Below are positions 40,239 through 53,770 of a stretch of 56,440 nt of DNA, in pieces. A model generated the notes under the pieces. That model worked only from the letters and a program-made list of their open reading frames with translations. It was not told where the DNA came from and did not search any database. The stretch's first letter is position 1; each line of letters starts with the position of its first letter. A program made the position numbers and the translations under genes. The DNA comes from Octopus bimaculoides (taxonomy: Eukaryota): NCBI RefSeq assembly GCF_001194135.2, contig NC_069005.1, positions 20,198,460-20,254,899 on the forward strand. Reading direction: 5' to 3'.

Positions 40239-41476
40239 AGGTGTTCAGAAAGTAATTGCACTTTTTTCACCACTATGAAATATGAACTAACCAATCACAT
40301 CAGAGCCAAAGTCGAATGGGCGGAAACTGTCAAGAAATAATATATCAGCTCTTCTATTCATCTGTGTGTCATTCATAGTTATTTTGGTAATTAATCCCAT
40401 GGACAGTAAGAACTTTATGAAACAACATATTTGCCATTGCTTACTGTATGAGTTTTGAAAGAAAAGTACCACTAGAGAAGCAATGGAAAACATTTGTAAA
40501 GTGTATCCAGATGCAGTGAAAGCTCGTACATGTCAGCTGTGGTTTAAAAAATTTGAAGATGGTGATTGTGACATATCCAACAAACCTCACTCTGGAAGAC
40601 AACTCACTCTGAATGACGACCTTTTGAATGACGACCATTGTTTTGGATCCACATCAAAGCACCAGAGATTTGGCATAAAAATTTAATGTCATGTTCAACT
40701 ATCCACAAACATCACAAGCAAATTGGGAAAACATGCAAAGAGGGAATTTGGATTCCACAAGAGCTTATGCTTGAGAACTAAACAAAACGTTCCACCATTG
40801 GCAGCAGTCTTCTAACCAGGAATAACAACCTGTCATTTCTGCAGTGCATTGTTACAGGTGATGAAAAATGGGTTTTGCATCAGAACAGAAAATGGAAAAG
40901 ACAATGGTTATCACATAATGAGAAGCCAGTGCCAACACCAAAACCAGAACTCCATCCACAAAAATCCTTGCTCTGTGTTTAGTGGAACGTGAAAGGTATT
41001 GTTCATTATGAGCTACTGCAACATGGAAGGACCACCAATGCAGATATCTATTGCCAACAACTTGATTGTGTAAATTGGCCAGCTTTGGTAAACAGAAAAG
41101 GTGATAATTCTCCAGCATGTCAATGCATGGCCACACTCTTCAACACAAACCAATAGTTAGGATGGGAAGTTCTTCCACATCCTTCATACTCACCTAACTT
41201 AGCACCTACTGATTTGCATCTGTTCCAATCACTAAAACATTTTAGAAGAGGTAAAACATACAGAAAGAAAGAGGAAGTTGAAAATAATCTTTCAGACTTT
41301 TTTCAGGAAAAGAAATAGGTTTCCTTGAACGTGGCATAAAAGAGTTATTTTCCCATTCGGCTGCAGTCATTAAAAACAATGGTAATTACATTCTAGATTA
41401 AAACTATTCAGATAAATGTAGTTTACATTTGTTTTTATATCCTTTCTGGTAAAATGCAATTACTTTCCGAACACCC
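40239..41476 (+). mobile_element. Full-length, inactivated mariner (D,D34D-type) transposon
   Basis: TA-flanked TIRs aggtgttcagaaagtaattgca / tgcaattactttccgaacaccc; 1238 bp; fragments TCQLWFKKF…HSGR, IVTGDEKW, HPSYSPNLAPTD with stops and frameshifts. Confidence 0.9.
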
Positions 41477-41960
41477 TAATAGAAATGAATTAGTAATAGC
41501 CACAAAGAAATTCATATATATAGAGCTAATAGTGAGGGATTATCAATCTGAGCAAAATACTTCATAAGCTTTCTGTTGGCACACCATGCTAACAATATAA
41601 GTGAAGAACTCTAGGTAATCTTGTGGCAGGGTCCAAGGTTATGGTTCATCCCAATAACCAGAAATGACTGATAAAAGTAGCATTAATTTTCTTAGGTCAT
41701 TCAAATTTAGTCAATAGACCAATTGAGTAAACCTATCAGTAACATACCTATAATGACTACTAGAAATGGCTGTAAACCTAATTTGCTCCAATAAAGGAAA
41801 AATATGTAATGACCATTATTTTTAACTTGTTTTATTTATTTATTTATATATATATATATATAGTTCAAAAAAACAATAACAAAAAAAACAAAAAAACAAC
41901 AAAGTGAGGACGTGATATGGATAGTATTATTGGACGCTCAGGAAAGGAAAGAGAGAGTGT

Positions 41961-41992
41961 ATGACGTTTCGGGCGTAGCCCTTCGTCGGAAA
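41961..41992 (-). ncRNA. Degenerate minimal hammerhead-like motif (Penelope-type terminus)
   Basis: Minus strand CCGACGA-A-GGGC-TAC-GCCC-GAAACGTC: U4C in the core, palindromic ACGT stem III, and no convincing stem I. Confidence 0.35.
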
Positions 41993-44051
41993 GATGGAAA
42001 GTTCGGAGAATGGAAGAACGGAGAAAGAGGAAAATGGTACCGATGCCCACGAGGTAACATGATGAAAAGACCGGAAGAGGAGGTGGTGNNNNNNNNNNNN
42101 NNNNNNNNNNNNNNNNNNNNNNNNNNNNNNNNNNNNNNNNNNNNNNNNNNNNNNNNNNNNNNNNNNNNNNNNNNNNGTGTGTGTGTGTGTGTGTGTGTGT
42201 GCATGGTTTGGTGGTTTATCTGTTAGTGTGTTTGTGTGTGTGTGTGTGTGTATGACGTAGTGGAAGAAATTAGTAGCAGGACTGGTTAGTGGACGCTGTA
42301 GACAGTGTAGGTAGAAGGTCAACAGGTGGTTATTTGGGTGTGTGTGTGTTCGTGTTTGTGTGGGGTTGTCGGTGTTAGGTACGTGTACGTGTGTGTGTGT
42401 ATTTTGTACACATACATACACACACACATTGTAAAGTGGTTGGCATTAAGAAGGGCATCCAGTCATACAGACGAAGCCAAATTAGACTGGAACCGGTGCA
42501 GCTCTCCAGCTTTCCAGCTCTGATCAAACTGTCCAACCCATGCCAACATGGAAAACGGACATTAAAGGATGACACACACACACACTGAGCAGTTACTGAA
42601 AAATTGATGACAATTTAAAACCAACAAGATCTGAGAAAGGACGGCCTTCCCTCAAGAAAAGACAGCTCAGAGTCAAGAACAGTAGAGAAAAGCCATTGGT
42701 CTATACTCAATAGGGAATGAAAGGCTGAAGTAAGTATGCAAAGACACCCATGATTTGGTTGATCTCGAGTCCTCCACAAGTTCAAAATGATTGAAAATTC
42801 CTGGGTTTTAACATGTTAGAGATATACTAAATCTGAATAAAAAAAGCAGGAATGATCATACCTCAAACATTTTGTTGTCATAATTATACAGGAACAGGCA
42901 TGGTTGAGTGAGTAAAAAATTCACTTCCTGACCAACGTAGTTTTGGGTTCAATCCCACTGCATAGTCCCTTGGGCAAGTGACTCTTACTATATACTATAG
43001 CTCCAGATTGACCAAAGACTTGTGAGCGGATTTGATAGAAGGAAACTGAAAAAAGCCCAGTGTGTGCATGCATGTGTGTGTGTGTGTGTGTGTGTGTGTA
43101 TACATGTAGCTCTCTTTGTCTTGACATCATATGATGGCTACAGAAAATCCGCTTCAATGACTATCACTCGAGTCCTGCCAACACAGAAAAGAGGACAATA
43201 AAATGATGATGATGATGATGAAACCTCTCCATACACACAATTATTCTTCAAAAATTTTTATGTAGGCACAGACATGGCTGTGAGGTTAGAAGTTTGCTTC
43301 CCAACCACATGGTCCTAGTATGAGTCCCAGTGTGTGGCACTTTGAGAAAGTGTCTTCTACTATAGCTTCAGACCAACCAAAGCCCAGTGAATGAATTTGG
43401 TAGGTGGAAACTGAAAGAAGCCCATCATATATGTGTGTGTGTGTGTGTGTGTGTTTGTTCCCCACCACCGCTTGACAACCAGTGGTGGCTTGTTTACATC
43501 TCTGTGACTCAGTTTAGCTTAAGAGAATAAGAACCAGCATCCTCATCATCATCATTTAACATCTGGTCTCCACGCTGGCATGGGTTGGATGGCTTGACAT
43601 GGGGCTGGCTAGCAGGGAGCTGTCCACACTCCGACTGTCTGTTGTGGAATGGTTTCTACAGCTGGATGCCCTTCCTAATGCCAACCACTTAAAGTGTGCT
43701 ACGTGCTTTTTACATGCCACTGGCATGGGTACATTAATGCACCACTGGCATGGGTGCATCGACACAGCACCAGCATGGGTGCTTTTTAAGTGGCATTGGC
43801 ACCTGAAAGGTCAAGCCTTTATGTGTGGAAGACACTGATTCTACTTAGCTTGATGTGTTTTATCAAGTACAGCAAATCTCCACATCTCCTGATCCCTTGT
43901 CATTGCCTCATTGGGGCCCAGCATCCAAAGATCCTTTCTCACCACTTCATCCCCCGTCTTCCTGGGTCTCAATTCATTTAACTAAAACTTTTTAAAGCAG
44001 TACCCTAGTATGGATGCAGTCCAATGACTGAAACAAGCAAAAGATACTTAC

Positions 44052-44220
44052 CATCAGAGTCTGTAAGAACTTCCATCCTGCCAGAGAACATGGCCCGTAG
44101 CATCGTATCATGTTTGGTGAGTGTCTCTATTGTGGTCAGGAAGAGTTTACCGCCGACATTTAGCTTCACATATTTCGAGCTGTTTGTCTTTTGTATCACA
44201 GTCTTATGTTCTCCAGACAT
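44052..44220 (-). CDS. KCTD10: BTB/POZ adaptor for CUL3 (KCTD10/TNFAIP1/KCTD13, BACURD family), coding exon 1
   Basis: [56 protein letters not shown](G); donor gtaagt at 44051. The symbol is given at family level because the three vertebrate paralogs are co-orthologous. Confidence 0.9.
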
Positions 44221-47095
44221 GGATACAGCAACACAAGCAGGCTGGCTGCACGACTAGCTAGCTACTACACGTGTGTGTGTGTGTGTGTGTGAATTGGCAA
44301 GGAATGCTTCTCGAGGGATCGAGAAATTGGCCGGATATTGGGGGTGAATGTTGGTTAAAAAAGTGGATACTAAGGTAAAATAAAAAAATCTAACACTACT
44401 AACACTGACTGAAACATCAGATTGTGAAATTCAAGATAAAAACTTTTGAATGTAGTTTGCAAAAGAGCCAGAAACACTTGGGTAATCATTAAATAATATA
44501 ATACTATTACTGGCACTTAATTAATCTCTGATAATGTCAAGTAATCTAAATCACTATTTTCTTTAAATTACAAAAAAAAATTATTCAATAAAATAGATTT
44601 CTTAAATAATTAACAATATTAAATTAAATCAAATTAAAGTTTGTTGACTTCAGTCCCACAGCCAGCAAGGGGTTGAAAAATAGGCAGTGGTAATTGTGGG
44701 AAAGGAAATGGGAAGTTGCTCTTGGTGGTGGTCGTGTATTTTATCTGGTTGTGGCTTAAGTGGTAGTAAATAGGTAGGTAAGTTGGCGGTGGACAGTTGA
44801 CTGAGCTATTCAAGTAAATATCCACAGACAGATTGTGTGTATGTGCCTGTAAAGATGGATGTCTGTTCAATTGATTAGACGTTTCCAAAACTGTTCTTCA
44901 ATAAAAACCATTTCAGTTCTGTTTACGGAGTTTTTTTTGGTTCTTTCCCCCCCTTTTTGCAGTTTGTCCTGTATTCACATTAGATTACCAACACCCTGTA
45001 AAACAAGAAAAGATATGTTAATTATAGATCTCACTGGGATAGAAGACTGATGTTTAGAAAGCGTGAGTGAGGGCCAGTGACAGAAAGATAGAGACAAAGT
45101 GGTTCAGGAGAGGAGGGGAGAAATTACACATGTAAACAAATGTAACTCCACACACATACACAAACCGACATAGAAACACAAATTGTCACACAAACACACA
45201 AACATGTAGACAAAAACTGCCACAAAAGCATACATACATACACATAAAGCTGAACAAACACACACAAGCTAACTCACAAAAAAATAAGAACACACTATTG
45301 TTATACAAATACACACAAGATAGAATAAGTACTAGACTTTAAAAAAATACTGGGGGTCAATTCATTTAACTAAAAACTTGAGGCGGTACTCCAGCATGGC
45401 CACAGTCAAATGACTGAAACTAAGTAAAAGATGAAAAAGATATACACACGCAATGGGCTTCTTTCAGTATCTGTCTACCAAATCCACTCACAATGCTTTA
45501 ATCAGTCTAGGACTATAGTAGAAGACATTTGCCCAAGATACTGCAGTGGGACTGAACCTGACACCACATAGTTAGGTCACAGCTTCTAATCACACACCCA
45601 CCAGCACCTATACATATATAAGAATATTTGTTTACATTTGTGCTCCATAAAAGTTGTGAACTACAAGTAGTGTTGTCACTTCAGTCAACAAATCAACTTG
45701 TTCACTTGGCACCTCTGAAGCCATGTGAAATAAGAGATCCCCCACTTGAAAAACAAGTAAGGGTTAATAACAGAGAGAGCATCCAGCTATAAAACAATGC
45801 CTCAATAATACATTCATGTAACCCATGCTAGCATGGAAAAATGGATGTAAAACAAACGAGAGACTCTTAATGTGGTCGTCTACTTTCCTGGAAATAGCAG
45901 CCAAATCTCCCTCAAATTACACCCTACCATATCAAAACAAAAAGGGAGGGGATATGTTGGATAATGTAATCCTAGATATACAAAGAGCAAGAAAGGATGG
46001 TGTAGTTGCATGGCTTTTCATCACAATCACAGTCAAGGATGACCTGTAACCAAAACAAGAATAACTCGGTGAACCTTAAGCTTTGATTACAAAGTATACA
46101 AAAATAAACATTTTTCATCTTAATGTTAGTTTTGTTTCATATTGAAAAATAATTTATTTTATGATCTACCATTGTTTATATTTTTAATTACATATATGGT
46201 GGCACCAAAATCTTAAGTGCTTAGAGCCTCAATCTGGCCTTGCTGTGAACTAAAGACATTTGTGAACATCTCAAGCATTGAGGGACTTCTAAATCAAACA
46301 TTGCTCCTTAACTCCACATCAGCCACTCCATGACTAAAGGCATTCCAGTCATGACCTTCTTGTATTTTAAACTACATCATCTAAAGTGTCCTTCCCTTTT
46401 CTTAGGACTATAATGTGTAGTAAGAACCAGATTTGGCTACTATTTTTGGCAGGCTGAGCAATAACATAGAAGCCTCCTTGTTGACTCAATGTCTACTTTC
46501 TTGGTCTGGTGTTAGAGAAGTGGCAAGCTAGAGAACTGCACTAGGTTCTGGTTTGATATGGCTTCGTTTCTACAGCTGGATGCCCTTTCTAATGCCAACC
46601 ACTTTACAGAATGTACTGGGTGCTTTTAACGTGGCACAGACACAAGTGCTTTTTATAAGGCACCAGAACTGGACTCTTACAAGCCAATCTTCTTCACCAC
46701 TAATGTACAGCACTAACATTTGATCACTGTAAATAAATTATCCCTGCAGGTTGTTCAGAAGAAATTGTGGAACCCTCAGGAGAGTCCACCACATTCACAT
46801 CACATTATAAAACCATTACAACAGCTGGTATTTGAAGTATGACCATGAAGAGCAGCAACTAAATACTGCAAATATTTTGCCCAATGTTCAAAGCCAGTCA
46901 AACAGATAACAGCAGTAAATTTGAGGGTCCAGACCTGTCATATGCTATTAAGAGACAATCGTCTGAAGTGCACCCCAGCCTCTTACATTGCAATGTAAGA
47001 ATCGTACATGTAATTTACACAACTGACACTGTTACACACTGCAACCTAAGTTTGCTTGAGAATTACATTAAGGTATGATTGCCCACTGAATACTA

Positions 47096-47222
47096 AAGGG
47101 TGTCCACATAGTCTGGGTACATGGGGATTAACAAGTACTTTAAGAAATTATTATTTCTTATAGTTAATTGTTTATGTTATAATTTTATTTACTCCATGTA
47201 CCCAGACCTTGTGGACACCCTG
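47096..47222. mobile_element. Tc1/mariner-type MITE (127 bp)
   Basis: TA-flanked TIRs (a/c)agggtgtccaca…gtctgggtacatgg / ccatgtacccagac…tgtggacaccctg. Confidence 0.75.
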
Positions 47223-49860
47223 TAGCTCAATTACATTTGTTTCTAATTACAATTGTTTCTAATTTAGGAACAAGAATAACAATTCTGAAGGGAGGGAGGG
47301 AGTCAATCACATTTGACTTGTACCTTATTTTATCCAGCACAAAAGCATGAAAGGCAAAGCTGACCTCAGCAGAATATGAACCCAAAATGTATAAAAGTGT
47401 TGAATACAAATACCACACGGCATTACTAACTACCCACAACCCCCGTTCCGTCAACACCCTAACGATTCTGCCATGGTTGTGTTGTAAGAAGCTTGCTTCC
47501 CAACCACACGGCACTGGGTTCAATCTCGTGCAGTGGGACTGAAAGTGTCTTTTACTATAGCCTTTAGCTGACCAAAGCCTTGTGAGTGGATTTCGTAGAC
47601 AGAAAGTGAAAGAAGCCCGTTATGTGTGTGTGTATGTATGTCTTTGTGTCTGTCCTGCCACCACTGCTTGACAACCGGTGTTGGTGTGTTTACGTCCCCG
47701 TAACTTAACGGTTCGGCAAAAGATACCGATAAGTACTAGGCTTTAAAAAAAAAGCAGTCCTGTGGTCGATTTGTTCGACTAAAAAACCCTCCAAAGCGAT
47801 ACCCCAGCATGGCTGCAGTTAATGATACAAATAATAGAGAAAAGAATTTGGCGCAAAACTGACAAATATGAGGAGTTGGGTAGGAGATTACCTCGACCTC
47901 AGCATTTGACTGGGACTTTATTTCATCCACTCCGAAAAGTTGAATTCAGCAGGATTTGAACTCAAAATATAAAAGTGACGGATACATAATACTGCAAGGC
48001 ACATTTTTTTCCCCGACGCTCCAACGATTCTGCCAGGAGGCGTACACTTCAAATTAGGAGCCCCACTTTTGTTCCTCACAGGCTGTCTGGAGATTACATT
48101 AGAGCTACGAATATTTGTGCGACACACATCCAACGTTATACACTTATAACAAAAGGAATATGAGAATTTTTTTGTTTCGTTTTTTTTCGATCGCACAACT
48201 GGAATGCTCAGAGCAGAATAATAGAATCAGACGCTAGATCCATTTACAACAGAATTAAAGAATTCCAATTTCACACTTCCCATGTCACCACTTCCGCTTG
48301 TTATTTATTCCAACATCAAACGAGATTAAACAAACCTATTATTAAAAAGCATTCCAAAATCATCCCTTCTAAGTTTAAGAGTGTCTAGGTGTATATTTTA
48401 TTATCCAATATGAACCTTCTTGTTGTTGTAGTTAATGTCTTACCCCCTCACTCAACCACCAATCGAGCAAGACTATGATCCAAGTTGTTCTAGCCACGAC
48501 TATCTCATCTTTCTATGTCTTGGACTACACTGTATTGTGTTCCTGTCCTTCCTTGTTTAATACGGAAAAGCTTGATTTTAAGGAGATTTGGCTGCTATTT
48601 TCTGACTCGTTATTTTGTTATTATTCCGGACAAGAAATTAATCCCCGACCTTAAAACGAAGGGGTTAACAAAATCTTTAAGAGAGAGACAGAGATGTTTT
48701 CTTCTAATTAAAAAGTACTCCATTTATTTTCGTACACACACACAACCTTTGGCCCACCACCACCACAATTATCATCGTCTAATATAAGTGAAGAAGCGGA
48801 AATAAAGAAACATTACTCATACGAGACAAAAGTTGTGACAATTGAAAGGAGTGTGCAATGATAACAAAATACCGATATGTATGTGTACGTACACATGTAT
48901 GCATATATGTATGTCAGTGTAAGTAAGGGGTACAGTACAGGATTGGGTAGGTGTGGGTATGTGTGTGTATACGTATTCGATAGCGTTCAAGGATGATTCA
49001 TACATTTCGACTGTATGCGTGAGTGTAAATAGGCAGACGTGTCGAATATGTACTCCACCCCTTATATGTATGTATATGTGTGCGTGTCTGTAAATGTATG
49101 TATATACATACATGTTTGACTGTAAAGACATCTACTACACACATACACAGAATTAATGATTATTAGTACACAAGATTTAGAAGAAAAAAAAACAAGAAAA
49201 CTAATAACGGACCACCATTAAACATAGGGTGTATAGTCACACAAACATACACAGTGGGCAGTTTGATATTGTACAAGTGTATGTGCGGGGGGTGTCAACA
49301 GCATACAAAGACATACATAGATACACATATTTATATACAGCTAAATGTAATTAAAGTACTATATGTGTATCTCTCTCAATATATAAATATATATATATAT
49401 ACACACAAACACACAATTAAAGGCGATTAGGCCACTACATCATATAGATATGTTCGTGTGTATACGCTCACATACAGACTAAGGATGTACGCATTTTACA
49501 CACAGGAAACGGTTGTTTATAAGAGAATGTTAAAAACTCGAGTGGAATCGAAATGTAAACTAAATGATGGTTTGCTTTTATATCCGTCATGAAATTTATT
49601 CGCTAATGCCGCCAATGTATTTTAAAACATTGGAAGTTTGTCTTCTTTATTTGTTATCAGGGCCAAGACATACTTTACCAAACAATACAAAAGTAACGGT
49701 TATATACATGCGTATGTGTGCATACATATATACATGTATGTATATACATACATGCGCGCGTGTGTACATATACATATATATACGCGTATATTATGAGTGA
49801 CAATAACAAAACAAATGTTTAACAATTGAAAACATAAATAATAGACATAAGAACTCTTAC

Positions 49861-50050
49861 TTTGGTTTGTTATTATTTTTCTTCTTTTTTTAAAGGGGGA
49901 AGGTGAAAGAGACTGAGGAAATGGAAATGTCCTGATAATATAATATATCTATATATATATTATATACTGGTAATAAAAAATTAAATCCGGCACCAAATTA
50001 GTGTGGAAGCAGGAAGAAGTTAGGAGAGGACTTTAGAGATGCTTTTAAAG
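49861..50050 (-). other. Putative non-coding first exon of the KCTD10-like gene (5' end approximate)
   Basis: Minus-strand donor CAAA|GTAAGA at 49861/49860 lies just downstream of the CRE/ETS cluster. A strong acceptor (ttttttattttaccttag, 44370) lies upstream of ATG 44220. Inference only. Confidence 0.35.
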
Positions 50051-50072
50051 AGAGAGGAGCGCCATTAGCCGA

Positions 50073-50199
50073 TGACGTCACAAGTGACGTTTTCATAAAA
50101 ACAACGGTGACGTCAGTACCCTTGAAGGAGGAGAGAGGAGAAGGCGACGAAGAAAAGAACAAAAACAACAAAAGGAAGCAACCCGGTTTCGTACCGGAA
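50073..50199. promoter_or_regulatory. CpG-enriched promoter-like segment with CRE and ETS motifs
   Basis: TGACGTCA at 50073-50080 and 50108-50115, TGACGT at 50085-50090, CCGGAA at 50194-50199. Confidence 0.55.
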
Positions 50200-52278
50200 A
50201 TTAAAGTCTATTCCGACAGACGGCCGGATGGAAAAGCGAGGTTGCTTTTTTTTTTTCATGTTTCTTAAGAAAAATAAGCATAACTACAGTTTAGTGCCCC
50301 ATTCCTATCAGTTGATTTTATTACTGCACAGCTTCTTGAAGATATTTTTCATATTGAAATTTTGCACAGATACATTTTCGAGGGTGTAAATTATTTTCTG
50401 AAGAAGTTTCAGATCATATTCTATTAATATATATCGGCGGTTATGTAGTTAGATTGTGTGCCACCAGGGCAGCCTTTGAGTTACAGCGGCTGGAACTCTT
50501 CTGTTTGATTGCCAGCAAAAATGGGGATGGAATCTATGGAGAAGAAAGACATAGGAATACATCAGACAAAGTAGTGAAGAGGTTGTTCAGCCTCACAGGA
50601 GAGAAGATAACAAACCAAGATAAGTGACAATTTGCTGTGCTCGAGAAGATGTATCCATCTAAGCTGAAAGAAAAATGATATCCTAAAAGCATATCATTTA
50701 TGCTCCTGCATCCAAATGCATCTTCAAAACACCTGTCCACTATTTTCTCAGCTCTTGTATTTCTTTGTGAGCAGAACTGCATATATTTCATCCTTTTGTG
50801 CCACCAGTTATCCCTCATCTTGGAACTACTTCCCTTGTCACCCATCCTGATCCTGTATTCTCAACATCATCCCTTACCACATTATTTTCTATGGAACACT
50901 TCTACACCCAGAACACACTCTTATACCTGCCATCAATGCTTTCTCTCCACTTTTGTTTGTCTCTTACCATATCCATCCCTATATACCTCTGACTTCTGTT
51001 CCTGTCACTGTACACTTCCTCTCTAACTCCCAATCACTTTTCACATCATCTCTTATTTCTCACCTATCTACACTTTTATTATACTGTTGCTCATCCTTTT
51101 CCCGCTTTTATGTATTGCCACTATCACCTCCTCCTCCCTCATCTATTCCTGTTTTCTTTTATCTCCCCCCCCCCCCAAAAAAAACAAAAAAACTGAGATT
51201 TCAGCAATGACCATGCACCTACCTATGTCCACTATTCTCTGCACTCACCTCTATCAACATCTCTAACAATTTGTTACTCTCCCTTCTCACTCAAGTAAAC
51301 CTACTTATCCAGTTGTCCTCAATTCTCTGAGCCTTTCCTTCCTTTATACCTCTTGTATGTTGACGGTATGCTCTTACACCTCATCGCCACCATCCTTTCT
51401 CCCTTTCCAGCTGGGATAGCCATGTTTCTCCTCTACAGCAAGTCATCTACTCCTGTTCCTCTCTCTTATTTTAGCCTTCCAACACTTTGCACAAAACCAC
51501 CTCTCTTAATTCTGTACCCTTCCTCAGTCCTTGGCAGATCTTCATTTCAGAACATGAAGAGCCTAAAGAAATGCCATCTTTTTTTTTTAATCTTTTATCG
51601 TTTACTTGTTTCAGTCATTGAATTATGACCAGACTAGGACACCACCTTGAAGGTTTTCATCAAAACAAATCACCTCCATCCTTGTACTTACATTTTTTAT
51701 TAAGTCTAGTACTTATTATTCTCTCTTTTGCTGAACTGCTAAGTTACAGGGACACAAACAAACTGGTTGTCAAGCAGTGTACATATATATATATATATAT
51801 ATATANNNNNNNNNNNNNNNNNNNNNNNNNNNNNNNNNNNNNNNNNNNNNNNNNNNNNNNNNNNNNNNNNNNNNNNNNNNNNNNNNNNNNNNNNNNNNNN
51901 NNNNNNNNNNNNNNNNNNNNNNNNNNNNNNNNATATATATATATATATATATATATACATCTCATCATCATTTAATGTCTGTTGTCCATGCTTGCATGGG
52001 TTGGACAGTTTGACCAGGCTGGAAGGCTGCACCAGACTCCAGTTTGATTTGGCATGGTTATCTATGGTTGGATGTCCTTCCTAATGCCAACCACTCAGAG
52101 ATTTTAATGGGTGCTTTTGCATGCCACCAGCATGGGTGCCATTTGCATGACACTGGAATGTATTTACGTGCCACCGGCATAGGTACCAATTTGCGTGACA
52201 CTAGTATCTGCCACGACTGCGATTTTATTCATCTTGATAGGTCTTCTTCTCAAGTATGATATAATGCCAAAGGTCTTG

Positions 52279-52446
52279 AAAGGAACTCAGCCACTTTGCT
52301 TCCATGAGGCCCAATGCTCAAAAGGAACTCATCCTCCTTGCCTCTGTGAGGCCCAACACTCAAAGGGAACTCAGCCACTTTGCCTCCATCAGACCCAATG
52401 CTCGAAAGGAACTCAGCCACTTTGCCTCCATGAGGTCCAACATTCA
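52279..52446. repeat. 42-bp tandem repeat, about 4 copies
   Basis: Unit aaaggaactcagccactttgc(c/t)tccatgaggcccaatgctc(a). Confidence 0.8.
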
Positions 52447-52564
52447 AAAGATGTTCTTTACATGCCACCAGTATGGGTGCACTTGGCTTGACAGGTCCTC
52501 TCAAGCACAGCATATCACTAAAGGTCTCGGTAACTAGTCATTGCCTCTGTGAGGTTCAAAGTTC

Positions 52565-53770
52565 GAAGATCATGCTTCACCTCATCCTATGTCTTCCTGG
52601 GTCTACCTCTACCACGGGTCCCCTCCACAGTTAGAGATTGGCACTCCTTTATACAGCTATCCTCATCCATATGCATCACATGACCATACCAGCACAGTCG
52701 TCTCTCTTGCACACCACATCTGATACCTCTCGTGCCTAACTTTTCTCTCAAGACACTTACACTCTGTCCAACATGCACACTGACATTGCACATCCAGCAA
52801 AGTATACTGGTTTCATTTCTCTCAATCCTACGCATGTCCGCAGCTGTCATAGCTCATGTTTCACTGCCATGAAGCATAGCTGTTCGCACACAGGCATCAA
52901 ACAATCTGCCTTTCACTCTGTGAGAGAGGCCCTCTGTTACCAGCAGGGGTAGGAGCTCTCTGAACTTTGCCCAGCCTAATCTTTTTCTCACAGCTACATT
53001 CTCAGAGCATCCACCTCCGCTACTAACTTGGTCACCTAGATAATGGAAGCTATCTACTACCTCTAGCTTTCCCCACTCGCAGTTGTTGGAGTCTATTTTC
53101 AGTGTTTATTGTACCTATGCATCTTCCACATACAAAAGTTAGTTAACCTTCCTCTGATGTTGCTGTACCTTTTATGTGTCCAAAGCTTACACTGGGTGCA
53201 TCTTATGGAGTTTCTACCTACACCAGATTGAGCAGGGCTGTCTACCTGAAAGGATTTGTGATTTGTCTACCTTCCTACTTACTATGACTTTTTGCTAAGT
53301 TAACTCAAGGGCCCTTTGATTCTAGACGTTGCTTCCATATCTGGAACTTCTCTATAGTTCAGGTAGTGATTCAGCTCTAAGAGCAAGGTCATCAGCATGG
53401 AGGAACTCTCAGGGGCAACCTGCTTTGAATCCCTCAATTATTGCCTTGAGGGCTATGATGGACAAGAGGGGGCTGACCACCAATCCTTGGTGAACACCCT
53501 ACTTGTACCCTGAATTCTTCACTGTACTTGTTGTCCACACTCACCTTACTGGTAGCATCCCTGTACAAGGCTTGTACAGCTAACACCAACCATTTTTCTA
53601 TCCCTAGTTTCCGCATTGACCACCAGATAAGGAGTCACGGTACTGTGTCAAAATCTTTCTCCAAGTCAACAAAAGCCAAGTACAGAGGTTTATCTTTAGC
53701 ATTGTTATTATTTCTCCTGCAGTCACCTTACCAGAAATATTACATCAGTGGGGCTTCTAACTGGCACAAA
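52565..53770 (-). mobile_element. Degenerate RTE-clade LINE RT and 3' region
   Basis: MRKLGIEKWLVLAVQALYRDATSKV…; MRRIERNETSILCWMCNV…RRLCWYGHVMHM…GRGRPRKT. Confidence 0.85.

Noticed and set aside
50480-51560. Pyrimidine-rich region with several short ORFs, possibly an old Penelope/LINE body
   Set aside because: No motif could be recognised with confidence, so it was not annotated.
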